NCBI RefSeq assembly: GCF_036321535.1
Contig: NC_087447.1
Span: 38,814,001-38,878,000, forward strand
From: Camelus dromedarius
Taxonomy: Eukaryota
Direction: 5' to 3'
DNA: 64,000 nt
Shown: positions 25,279-37,255 of the stretch, one piece after another
Numbering within the stretch: the stretch's first letter is position 1
How the letters are laid out: each line of letters starts with the position of its first letter
Made by a program: the position numbers and the translations under genes
Notes under the pieces: model-generated
What the model was told of the DNA's origin: nothing
Seen by the model: the letters and a program-made list of their open reading frames with translations, nothing else
Databases searched by the model: none

Positions 25279-26720
25279 GGTCTCTGTGACAGTCTAGGGA
25301 ATGAACTCTCTGAGATGCTCTCAGTTATTTATTTTCTATTATTTTCTGCTGGTTTGTAAGATCCAAGAGTTCACGGATCTTTTCTTTGTCCATTCGTTAC
25401 ATCCAGCTTTAGAAGCAGAATCTGACACAAAGTAGATACTCCATAAATGTTTCCTGACTGAGTGAATAATGAATAAAATTTTAACCTCCTCTGTGGCTTC
25501 TGGATAGAGCCATGGTCAGACGCCTTTGAGCTTTTAGGAATAGACAGGCTAACATATTTTGCAATGAGAAGTCACCCAAGGTTCTTCAAACAAGACATTC
25601 TTCTATGATGTACATTATTCTGAATATCATAACATCTCCAAAAGACCAAAGTTTGCTGATGAAAGAAAGTATGAAAAGGTAGCTTCCCAAACAACTCTAT
25701 TCAGTTTCATAAGGAACTACTGCACAAAACAAAAAGCCACCTACTCTTACCTAAAATATTTTCAGAGCTTTAATTTTAAGTGAAAATTTTAGAGTACCAC
25801 ATTCTCAGGCACTATTGAGGCTTAATGAGATGACTGCACTTGGCAGAGACTATCAGAGTCCATACCCTGACTATATATTTATTGTCAAACTCTTTTTCCT
25901 CAAATAGAACGTTTTTAGGGGAGGATGGTGGGGGTGAGATCTCCCAAGTAAGTCTTGCCAGAAAATTAAGAATGTGAGAAGGGCGAGAGCCACGAACCAG
26001 AAGGGGACATTAATGTTTTCCAAACTGTAGTCCAAAGAAGGCTAATGCCATTAACTAGAGCAAGAGCAACAAAAGCTGAGTGGCTGTGGGGGAGGGTGGT
26101 ATTCTGTCTAAATAAATCTGGTCATGTAGTTATTAAGACTCATTTAAACAGGCTTCTTTACTGCAGAATTTCCATGCATCTGGAGATGTTCCTAAGCTTT
26201 GAGGTGACCTATCATATCCATTATTTTGGCCTCAGTACTTCCCAAGAAACAGTTACTAACATGGGTGAGATGTGGCTTTGACATACTGGAGCATCAGGAC
26301 TGCGTAGTGGGTTGTGGAAGTGATAAGAGATGAGTCCACATACATAGTCGAGGGGAGATGAACAGCAAAGACATAGCTTTGATGATCTATTACCTTGAAG
26401 GGCACAAGCTGCAATACTTGATGTGGAAATGTGGGCAGTGTTGGGATTTTAAGCAGATTTCATGCTAGCTAAAGCAACCTACCTGACAGAGGCTTTTAAG
26501 TCTTCCTCTGCTGCCTTTAATTCATTTGGCTAGAAGACATTTCTGATGGAAGCATTTCCTTATCTAAGGTCTGGAGTCTTTTTTTTTTTTTTTGCATTCT
26601 ATTTTGGTTTGAGGCTTATTACTGCTTCTCTTTTGATTACCATAAATTTAGGTAGAAAAGATCATTTCTCTTTCTCTTCATGTAATTCTAGAACCAAGAT
26701 GTTCTGATAGTTCTGAATGA

Positions 26721-29211
26721 AGGGGGAGCAACGAAGATGGTACAGTAGAAAGCTCACCTGTCACTGGCACACCAAAATCACAGCTATCCGCAGAACAACC
26801 ATCCATGACAAAAATGAACCTACTGGAAAAGATCTTCTAAAACTAAAGACACAAAGAAGGAATCACAATGAGATGGGTAGGAGGGGCAGACTCTCAGTAT
26901 AATCAAATCCCATAGTTCCTGGAGGGGAGCCCACAAACTGGAGAATAATTATCTTGCAGAGGTTTTCCCATAGGAGCGAGAGTTCTGAGCCCTACATCAG
27001 GCTCCCCAGCAAGGGGGCCTGGCACGGGGAAGATGAGCCCCCAGAGCATTTGGCTTTGAAGGCCAGTGGGGCTTAACTGCAGGAGCCCCACAGGACTGGA
27101 ATAGAGACTTCACTCTTAAAGAACACACACAAAATTCCACATGTACCAGGACCTAGGGCAAAAGCTGTAATTTGATAGGAGCCTGGGCCAGACCTAACTG
27201 CTGGTCTTGGAGAGACTCCCGGAGAGGCAGGGAGGCAACTGTGGCTCACCATGGGGACAGAGACACTGGCAGCGGCCATTCTTGGGAGCTATTTCTACTG
27301 TGTGGACTCTGGTGCTGGTAGATGCTATGCTGGTGTTGGCAGGCGTCTTAGTGGCATCCTCCCTCCAGCTCGTTGGCCCCACCCAAAAGCCTGTAGGCAC
27401 CAGTGCTGGGACACCTCAGACCAAGCAGCAAACTGGGCAGGGACACAGCCCCATCTATCAGCAGACAGGCTGCCTAAAGACTCCCTAAGTCCACAGTCAC
27501 CTCTAGACATGCCCCTAGACACGGCCCTGTTCACCAGAGGGCCAAGACCCAGCTCCACCCACCAGTAGGCAGGCACCTACCCCTCCCAGCTGGAAGCCTG
27601 CACAAGCCTCTAGATCAGCCTCATCCACCAGGGGGCAGAGAACAGAAGCAAGAGAACTACAATCTCACAATGCAGGCGAGAACCTACCCTGGGACCAGCT
27701 AGGCCCTGCCCCTGCCCCTGCCCACTAGGAGGCCAGCACAACCTTCAGGACACCCCAGACTCCATACCCAACTGTGTCAGAAACCGTCCCCCCTCACCCC
27801 CCCATCAACGATCTGAAACAAGATCTGGGACCCCTGGGATCTGTAGCCAGACTCCAGAAACCAGGTCTGCCTGCTAGTCACCTGGCAATAACCCCAGGAT
27901 CTGGCTTCAGCTGCTAGTGGATGGACAACAGCCTGAGGCTTCAGGGCCCTGACTCTGCACACCAGTGGGCTAGCACAAGCCCTGGTTCCCCCTAAGATTC
28001 TGCAACCAGACCCCTCATAACCAGGCCCCGCTAACCATCAGCCAGCAGCATCCACACAAGACAGAGCCTGGCAACCAACCAGACTGGGGGCCAACCAAGC
28101 CTACCAAACCACCCACACAGTCGGCCAACCACAACAGAAGGATTTACACAGCCCTCTTAGTGGGGAACCCCTAGAGCATATGGCTTGGGTGATGAGAGCA
28201 GAGTGCACTGCTGGGATGCATAGGACGTCTCCTACAGAGGGCCACTGCTCCAAGGTGGAGAAATGTTACTAACCTACCACATACATTAAAAATACAAATA
28301 GCAACTCAGACAAAATGAGGCAGCAAAGGAATATGTTCCAGATGAAGGAACAAGATAAAACCTCAGAAGAAGAACTAAGTGAAGTAGAGACAGACAATCT
28401 ACCTGAGAAACAGTTCGAAGTAATGATCATAAAGGTGATCAAAGAACTCAAGAGGAGAATGGATGCATAAAGCAAAAAGTTAGAAGTTTTTAAGAAAGAG
28501 TTAGAAAACATAAAGAACAATGTAACAGAGATGAAGAATACAATAACTGAAATGAAAAATACACTAGAAGGAATCAATAGTAGACTAAATGATGCAGGAA
28601 AATAGATGAGTGAGCTGGAAGACGGAGCAGTGGAACTCAGTGCTGCCCAACAGAAAAAAGAGAACAGAATAAAAGGAAATGAGGACAGTTTAAGAGACCT
28701 CTGGGACAACATCAGGTTCACTAATATTTGCATTATAGGGTTCCCAGAAGGAGGAGAGGGAGAGAAAGGGCCTGAGAAAATATTTGAAGAGATAATAGCT
28801 GAAAACCTCCCTGTCCTGGGAAAGGAAATAGTCATGCAACTCCAGGAAGCACAGAGACTTCCATATGGGATTAACCCAAAGAGGAACACACCAAGACACA
28901 CTGTAATCAAAGTGACAAAAATTAAAGAGAGAATATTAAAAGCAGCAAGGGATAAGGAACAAACAACACACAAGGGAACTCCCATAAAGCTATCAGCTGA
29001 TTTTTCAGCAGAAACTCTGCAGGCCAGAAAGGAGCGGCACAATATATTTAAAGTGATGAAAGGGAAAAACCTACAACCAGGAATACTCTATCCAGCAAGG
29101 CTCTCATTCAGATTTAATGGAGAAATCAAAAGCCTTACAGTCAAGCAAAAGCTAAAAGAATTCAGCACCACCAAACCAGCTTTATAACAAATCTTAAAGG
29201 AACTTCTCTAG
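26721..29211 (+). mobile_element. LINE-1 comprising only 5'UTR + ORF1 (3'-truncated, no poly(A))
   Basis: GC-rich 5'UTR homologous to 49382-50451; ORF1 at 28315-29211; flanked by exact TCTAGAACCAAGATG at 26687-26701 and 29207-29221. Confidence 0.9.
28315..29211 (+). pseudogene. L1 ORF1p (RNA-binding/chaperone protein), disabled
   Basis: Single frame MRQQRNMFQMKEQ...NEDSLRDLWDNI..NICIIGFPEG..EAQRLP..TPRH..PIKLSADFSAETLQARK..YPARLSF..LKELL*. Premature stops at 28468, 28603 and 29185; no frameshift seen. Confidence 0.9.
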
Positions 29212-30554
29212 AACCAAGATGCTCAGAGATGCAGGATTAAGCACCAATTTGGTGTTACAAAATACAGTTACAACTATATTTATAACTATAAATACAATGT
29301 ATATGTAGAAAATATCTCATATTGTTTGTTACATGGACGGATTTCCTAAAAATTCTTTTGAGTGGCTCATAGTTCTTCTGAATATTGACCAGGGTGGTGG
29401 TAGCTGGAAGTACTTTAATTAACAAGCCATAGCAGCTCTGCAAGGAAGTGTGGGTGGACTAGGAAGCCAGTTAGCTGCCTGTGACTTGAATGGTGCTGTG
29501 TCTGGGAAGAAAGATTAGTCATGCTGCTGGTACTTCTGACAAGCCGTCTTTGAAAAGCCTACAAAACCATGGGCACTGGACTCATAGAATGCTGGTCTTA
29601 AGGTCTCCCAATAAACTACGGAAAGAAAATAAGACAAAATACCATGCAAGATAGAATATGAGTGCCTAAGAGAGGATCAAAAATGTATGTAGTTACAAAG
29701 AAGAAAGATATAATAAGTGATTGGGGGAAGGGTGCAATCAGTAGAGACTTCAAGGGCCTTAAAGGATGGAAATCCACCCCTGAGGTCAAAGAAAGGTGTA
29801 GGGAAGAGGCACTGGGTCAGACGGTTTCTGTGTCAGGACACCAGGTGGAGTGAACCGATTGAGACGGATTAGGGTAGACTGGGCAGCAGAGTACAAAATG
29901 GGTGTCAATGACGTGGTTCTAATTTGAAGAGTTCCCAGGACCCATTCTTCATTTGATTGCAGAGGAAGACAACCACAATTGAAGACTTACTTCATTTCAC
30001 AGACTTTAGGATCAGTCAAATCCGTGTTTGAACTTTTACTGTCTATATCACTTTAAATAAATTATGTAACTTCTTGACTCTGCATTTCTCCAACTTCAAA
30101 AAGAGTATAAGAATACCTTCCAGGGCCATTATGAAAAATGAATGAAATTGGTGGTTAGAAGGTGTCAGCCCAATGCTTGGCACACAGCAGTTGCACAGTA
30201 GTTCCCTTCTGCTCTATAAGGAAGAGCACAGTAAGGTGGCTCACAGAAATTAGGTTTCAAGATCACACTTTGCCTTGAATAAAGAGAAATGCATATAGTA
30301 AACATCTCAGTGGCATTCCGCATACACACCCAAAAAAGGGTTTTTAGGTTCCTGCTCAGCCATGAGGGTACTTATTTAAGCCGTACATCTTGGGTACCAG
30401 GAAAAAGTCTTTGGTACACATGGTTTAAGTCTCTCTACTCAACAATATTGATCTAGTTTCTAGTAATTCAGTGATGGGGGTATGGGAAGTCTACAGTAGC
30501 CAAATAGGAACTGCAGGCAAGGTTTTCTTTTATATGACTCAAAATTATGTCACC

Positions 30555-33212
30555 AATCCTAAAGATAATAAAGATGCCATCCATATAAGTCAAAAGCATT
30601 CTTTGTGAAAAATCAATATATCATATATCATGTGATGGTAAGCATCGCTGCTATTGGCCAAAATTCAGAAAAAAATTTAAATTCATTGTTTGGAAAGATC
30701 TTAGACTCAAGATTTGATTGTATTTCAGAAGAAAAGAGAGCACTGTGTAATTATCCAGATAAAGATGAGTCGAAATTTTAAAAATTGTATTCTTTAAAAG
30801 AGTGTTTGTTTTTTCTGAGCTGGTTCTAAATTAATGGTATGTTACGGGTCCGAGCGGCCGCATCCTTTCCCTGCAGAGGAGCCTCGCTCCGCGCCCTGAC
30901 ATGGCGGGCGGGCGCCGCGGCCCGCTGCTGACGGCGCTCCTGGCCGCCTGGGTCGCGGCGGCAGTGGCGGCGGCCGAGGAGGACGCCCGCCCGGAGCAGG
31001 CCGCGCTGCCTGAGGAATGGAGCCTCGTGCTGCCTAAGACCGCCTCCCACTGGACGCTGGTGATGGAGGGCGAGTGGATGCTGAAATTTTACACCCCGTG
31101 GTGTCCATCTTGTCAGCAGACTGATTCAGAATGGGAGATATTTGCAAAGAATGGTGAAATACTTTAGATCAGTGTGGGGAAGGTAGATGTCATTCAAGAA
31201 CCAGGTTTGAGTGGCCGCTTCTTTGTCACCACCCTCCCAGGATTTTTTCATGTGAAGGATGGGGTACTCCACTGTTACCGTGGCCCAGGAGTCTAGGAAG
31301 ACCTGCAGAATTGTATCTTAGAGAAGAAACGGCAATCAGTTGAGCCTCTGCCTGGCTGGAAATCCCTGGCTTCTCTAACGATGTCTCGAATGGCTGGTCT
31401 TTTTAGTATCTCTGGCAAGATACGGCATCTTCACAACTATTTCACAGTGACCCTTGGAGTACCTGCTTGGAGTTCTTACGTCTTTTTAGTTGTAGCCACC
31501 TTGATTTTTGGCCTTCTCATGGGTCTGGTCTTGGTGGTAATATCAGAATGCTTCTCTATGCCACTTCCACGACATTTATCTGGACATTCTGAGCAGAATC
31601 TGAGGTCAGAGGAGGCTCATGCGGCTGCAGTTGCAGGATGCAGAGGAGGAAAAAGAGGATTCAAATGAAGAAGAAAACAAGGACCGCCTTGTAGATGAGG
31701 AATAAGAGAAAGAAGAGCTGGGTGATGACGAAGCAGAGGAGGAAGAGGAGGACGGCCCGGCCGCTGGTGCAGACGAGGAGAGGGGTGCCGCTCAGGACGT
31801 GGCCCCGAGAGAGGCCCGGGAGGACGTCGGGCCGGAGGTTGGGCCGGGCGAGGCTCTGGACGCCGCCTCCGAGCAGCGCCCTTCAGCCGATGCAGAGGTG
31901 GCAGAAGACACTTTGAGGCAGCGTAGAAGTCAGCATGCTGACAAGGGGCCGTCGGCCTGATGACAGCATTTCCAACAATACAGACCAGAGAAATACGCCA
32001 GCTTCCCTCTGGTCTGCAGTTTAAACCAAACCCTTATTTTTTTTTCCTGAATGAGCAAGCTTCTCTTAAAAACTGATCTCTAGTCTTGCAGTCTCCTGGC
32101 ATTGAGCCTCACGTGTGTTAAGGAGAACCTTTTGGGCATGACAATCAGGATACAGGAAACAAACATGCTGTTAGGAACTGTTTTAGTCCTAGGATGGGCA
32201 CAGATTCATTTACTTGGGGCCACAGAGTTATGAGCAGAGGAAGCCCTCCGCAGCCCTCCTCGCTCTGTTTGTAGACAGCAGATGGGGCTGCGGGCCCCGA
32301 GGTGCGAGCAGGGCATCCCAAGCAGGGTGTCCCCACAGCACAGCCAAACTGCTTCCTCCTCTTATCAAACTGTAAGATACATCAGGCACGCTAGTACAGG
32401 GGTGCTTTTTTAGATGGCCTTGGATATTATTGTAGAAAAGTGCTTGGAAGTCATCCTGACTCTTAAATCTGCCTTGTCGGGTTTTACTTCTTACCTGTAA
32501 CATTTCCACCTTTCCCATCACACGTCTGCGGGCCCCCCACGCTCTGCGCGGTACTTCCTGCACGAGACGACTCTGACGGCAGTCAGCTTGACATCAGCGG
32601 CCTTCCTCCTGACTCAAGGGTTCAGGCTGTCAAGAAGCCCAGCCCCTGAAGCCACGACTGCCAAGCGTCTCAGATGAAATGTTGTAGCCTTCGGAGATTC
32701 AAAAGGAAGTAGGGGTTTTACAGGAGAGATTTTAGTTGTTGTTTTTAGCCAAAGTGTAGTGATTTTTTCTTTTTTTTCAAAAAGTTCCCTTAGCAATATT
32801 CCTTTTGAAGCCAGAAATCTCCTGTCTTGCCAGTATAAGGTAGTCCTACGAAGAAAACTTAAATCCTGTGTTGTTTTGTTTCCATCTCAAGGGTTCCCTG
32901 GCTCTTGAACCACATTAATAATAACTGAAAAGCCACTTCTGGTTTTTCTTCAGTGATGTGCTTTTGGTGAAAGAATTAATGAAAGTGAGTATCTGGAAAT
33001 GAAAGATTTGGTTTCGTTTCCTTCATCCTTAATCTTGTAAAGAATTTTATCCCTGTAAATCTCTCAATACTCAATCTACTGAAAATACCCAGGGGGCCCA
33101 ATGTCTTTTAAAAAATCCTTCCATCTACTTGATTGGTGTTTTAGAATAAATTCATAAAATTTGAAAAAAAATGATACGTTATAACTGAAGATGTCTTAAG
33201 ATCTAGAAAATC
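30555..33212. mobile_element. Possible TcMar-Tc2 (Kanga/MER104-like) fossil split by the retrocopy
   Basis: Left end AAAGATGCCATCCATATAAG and the rejoined right end AATGGTATGTTA|TAACTGAAGATGTCTTAAGATCTAGAAAAT resemble Tc2-type termini; recalled similarity only. Confidence 0.35.
30845..33171 (+). pseudogene. TMX4: Processed pseudogene of thioredoxin-related transmembrane protein 4
   Basis: Intronless CDS remnant 30901-31960: MAGGR..signal peptide, WTLVMEGEWMLKFYTPWCPSCQQTDSEW, SVGKVDVIQEPGLSGRFFVTTLP, TM segment, acidic tail, LRQRRSQHADKG. Stops at 31165, 31294 and 31703; frameshift near 31627; AATAAA 33145-33150; A tract 33164-33171; TSD AATGGTATGTTA (30833-30844) / AATGATACGTTA (33170-33181). 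Confidence 0.95.
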
Positions 33213-35019
33213 TAATGTTTTCTGATTTAGATCCAGATCCTCAGTCTTTGTCATTTCCACCTTCTGTCATATTCACTGCTCTCACTGCTCCCTTGCTGAT
33301 CTACACCCATTCACATGACACCAAGACCATTACCACCCTGGTACCAAAACCAGTCTACTTCCCTCTCTCTGTAATTGTGCAAATCTCAGTCTTTAAAGAA
33401 TAAAGTTGCCACCAACTGCAGTTTAATTCTCGCTTTTGAGGTACCTCTTGGCTATTTCACTCATCCGTATATACTATGTGACAGCTGCATAAAGACTTCT
33501 ACTGTAGATGCCTGTCCCACCCCCACAGTACTGTAGCTGTTGGCTTCAGTATTGGACTGAGGAGGAAAAACAATCATTTCTGCATTAATCATGAATAGGA
33601 TGAGCTTCTCTCTGTTACTTAGAAGCTCTTTTTTGTTTACATTTACTTTCTGTGTCCTGCTTGCAAATTCTTCATATTTACCCACAACGAAACAAAAACA
33701 TGGTTGCTTCAGATGTTGCCTCAGAAATTCTCTGTATGTACGAGTTTGCTGTTTCAATTTTTTTTTAATTGGACTTTGTTTTTAAGGCTTGTACATTCAT
33801 CTATGTAGACATGATTTTCTTGGTACTTATAAGGCAATATATAATTATACTTTAATATATATAAATTTTAAATACATATAATGTATATGGAAATATACAT
33901 TGTATGTGAATCTGTGGCTACCTGACTTAGGAACTGAATATCTTTTTCAGAAAGGGCTGGATCGTTTTATCTTTTTCATTCTGTATCTCTAGCACCTGGT
34001 AGAATGCCTGTATAATGAGGCACTCAGCAAATATTTGCTTATTATGGCTGAAAAAAAGAATGAATTTCTTTCCAAATCTGTATTTAAGGTTTTTTGGTTA
34101 AAAGGCTATACTCAGCATAAGTTTGAATTTGTAATGAGAAGCTTTTTTAAAGGAACCAATTTAGGAGCTCAACTTGTTCCTGAGAAGAACTATTCTTACA
34201 CTGGTTTAAAGCACATTTAGAACATCTGAAATACCTCCTGTGAGGGAACATGCCTCACTCTGCTTCAGGAGTCGAGGGGATAATCACTTCCTTTTATACA
34301 GGGAGTCTGAGAGATTAAAAAATCAAAGGGTTCCTCCTACTTCCAGAAGCATCCCAACTCGACATGATAGTTTAATTTTTCATCCCTGTCATGTAGGAAA
34401 AACAACCCGGGAAACTGTAGAAAGGCAAACTCACACATTCCATTGAATAGGTCTGAGTGCCTGTTGAATAATTAAATCAATTTCAGAAGAAAAAGAAAAA
34501 GAAAGACCTTCAGGGTTTTGCTGCAGCAAAGTCAGAATGCCTGATAATTATGGCAAAAGGAAGAGGTACTGAGAGTGGTGAATCTCAGAGTTTATTTTGT
34601 ATTAAGAAAGCTGACACAACACAAATAACATATAGAACTAGTGCTTGGTTCACATCACTGTTTCCCTGTTTCAATAAAACTTCTATTTCTAAGTGGAAGT
34701 ATACATTGCCTAGCAGTTCCAGTTCAAGCCTGGGGTCTTAGGTCTCTTACCAGCCTGGGGTCAGAAGTCTACACTGCAGGGAAATTTCTCAAGTCAGAAG
34801 AAGAGGAAGAGCAAAGGGCAGTCTTTGAAATAGTTAATTTGCAAACTTTCACTACCAAGTCATGGAAAGCATCAAAATATCAATGGACGTATTTCCACAA
34901 AGGCATAAGCCTGTAAGTAATTTTAAATATCCCATAAAATTAAGTTCACAGCATTATTCCTGTTGATGTACTTCTGTTCTCTTTCCCCTCACCCCCTAGG
35001 TGTCCAAAGCATACTTTGC

Positions 35020-35262
35020 TCCTGGGAAACTGCACATCTTTTAAGGCCCAGCCCGTGTAGCCCTCCTCTGTTTTCCCGTAGCACCTACACACACCCCTGT
35101 AACAATGCCCATTGTGAGCATGATGGTTATGCACATCCTCTTAGTTTATAAGCTCCTCATGGGGTGAGACTGTTTCTCCCTGGTCCCGGTGCCCCCACAT
35201 CTCAGTCTGAGACTTGGCACAGCATGGAAGCTCAATTAACATTTGCTGACTTGGACTAAATT
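35020..35262 (+). mobile_element. L2 3' end
   Basis: TTTAAGGCCCAGC...ATAAGCTCCTCATGGGG...GACTTGGCACAGCATGGAAGCTCAATTAACATTTGCTGA. Confidence 0.6.
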
Positions 35263-35369
35263 CTGGGAAAGACAGAGGAAGAATGAACTATAGAAGAGAA
35301 AGAGAAGCTCCTCAAAAATCACAGCTCTAGAGCCACAGGACAGAAGGAAGAAACAGGAGCTCAAAGTTT

Positions 35370-35890
35370 CTTTTAGTAAGTATTTTTTGAGCACCCCGTA
35401 TGTGAAAAGCATTGGTCCAGCAATAATATCAATGAACAAAACAGAACCCTCACTTTGGAGGGGCTTTCCTTCTAGTTACATGAGACAGACAACAAATAAG
35501 GAAACCACACAGTATTTTGAAAGAAATAAGTGATTTGGGAAAAGAACATTTGGATTGGGAAAGCCAACCCAGTGCAATTGCAGATTGAGATCTTCAATAA
35601 AAGAGGTCAAAAGATGACACTGAGCAGAGACCTGAAGGAGGTAAGGAATCAGCCACGTGGGTATCTGGGGGAAGAGTATTGCAAGCATAAGGAACAGCCA
35701 GTGCAGAGAACTCAAAGGAAGAGTGTGCCTGGTTCATTGGAGGAACCACAAAGAAGCCATGTGTTTGGAGCAGGGGAGGCGGGGGACAAGCAGGAACAGA
35801 TGGTACAAGAGAGTCTGGGGTCTGGATCCCATAGGGGTTTTTAACCTGTTGTGAGGGTCTTGCTTTCACTCTGGCACCAGGGGAGCTCCT
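35370..35890 (-). mobile_element. L2a-like fragment
   Basis: AAGTATTTTTTGAGCACC...ATGAACAAAACAGA...TGAGCAGAGACCTGAAGGAG...GGAACAGCCAGTGCAGAG...GAAGCCATGTGTTTGGAGC. Confidence 0.75.
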
Positions 35891-36227
35891 TGGTCCTTCA
35901 GGGGCAGAAAGGGGGCTGGTGACGTGAAGCCCTGAGGCAGTATAAAAAGGTTGTGTTGAAAGACGTGGTGGCAGTGCTCTGCCCGCCTCCCCTAAAGCTA
36001 GCGCTTTTCCTCTCCACCCTCACCTCTTCCCGGAGCCCCACTGGGCCACCTTCAGCTTTGTGCCTGCCTCTTTCATTTTGCCTTGACATTTAAATTTTAT
36101 ACAAGGTCACTTGTGTCAGGTCACCCAAACCCACTTGTATTTTGTTGACTTGCCCAGTATTTCAAGCCTGGGAATTTTTAAAGAAAAATCAAGATTCCGT
36201 GCTTTTCTTTAAAAATGGGCAGATCAT

Positions 36228-36342
36228 GGGGGGAGGGTATAGCTCAGGGGTAGAAGCGCATCCTGGGTTCAATCCCCAGTACCTCCATTAAAAAAATAAC
36301 AAAACCTAATTACCCCCCCCCAAAAAAACCTGAAAAAAAAAA
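36228..36342 (+). mobile_element. vic-1-like SINE with internal deletion
   Basis: GGGGGGAGGGTATAGCTCAGGGGTAGAAGCGCA|TCCTGGGTTCAATCCCCAGTACCTCC lacks the GCTTAGCATGCACGAGG segment; degenerate TSD AAAAATGGGCAGATC / AAAAAAGGGCATGTC. Confidence 0.85.
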
Positions 36343-37167
36343 GGGCATGTCTGGTGATACTGAGCCAGCATCCTTTCACAGTCACAATCCACTGGCCCTG
36401 AGGAGAGTCTGTATCCTTCAAGCAGAGGCACGTAGCTCTAGTTTGATGCAGTCCCCAACACTCCCTGTCTTAACACCGTACCCTCAGCCCTCATTTCACT
36501 TCCCAGCTGGACCTTCATAGGCATTTCACTGTCTGATCTTGCTCTATAGGCTGACCAAGGCCCAACTCCACCCACCCCCTTTCATTTCCCTGACTTTCAT
36601 TCTTTGCTGGGATAGTGTATTTCTGACATTGGCCTGGCAAGCCTTGGCCCTGCCAGATTCCACCCGGGCCAGTCTTGCCTTCCAACCACCCAAAGCTTTG
36701 CCCTCAGACTCAGTCTTGCTGGCTCAGTCCTGCAGATGCTCTCTGTATTCAAGTACCTGGGCTGGAAGGTCTCTGGGGAATCTGCTGAGAGAACCCCAGA
36801 TCTCCTGTTTGAGCATTAAAAAAAAAAAAAGTAGAGCAGACGGGTGTACAGCTTCCCTCTAATAGATGCACTTTTCATTCTCTTGTCCTTTCAATCTGCA
36901 TTGAGGATGAAAGGCAGGCAACTCCACTCTGTTCTTGTTTGACTCTCCCAGAGTTCTGCGTGGGGCCTCACTGGTTCCAAAAGGAAACGTGGCAGAAAAG
37001 ACAGTTTTTCTATTTCCTTTCTTCATAATTAACGTGTCCTTTGGCCAATAGTAAATCGACAGGAACGGAATGACTAATCAAAGCAAGATTTGTTTCTGAA
37101 GTGGGGTAGGAGCGTTGGCGCTTTCATTTATTTTACTCTCACCTAATTAGACTTCTCAAAGTAAGCA

Positions 37168-37255
37168 GAAGGAAGGAAAGGAAAAAGGAAGGAAGGGAGG
37201 GAGGAAGGGAAGAAGGGAGCAAAAGAGGGAGGAATGGAGGGAGGGAAGGAGAGCA
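37168..37255. repeat. GA-rich (GGAA-like) low-complexity tract
   Basis: Almost pure purine run. Confidence 0.85.

Noticed and set aside
28269..29042. 257-aa minus-strand ORF
   Set aside because: Antisense shadow of the A-rich L1 ORF1; the Phe/Ser/Leu-rich composition is the expected artefact.
30901..31960. Functional TMX4 gene
   Set aside because: Intronless with three premature stops, a frameshift, poly(A) and a TSD.
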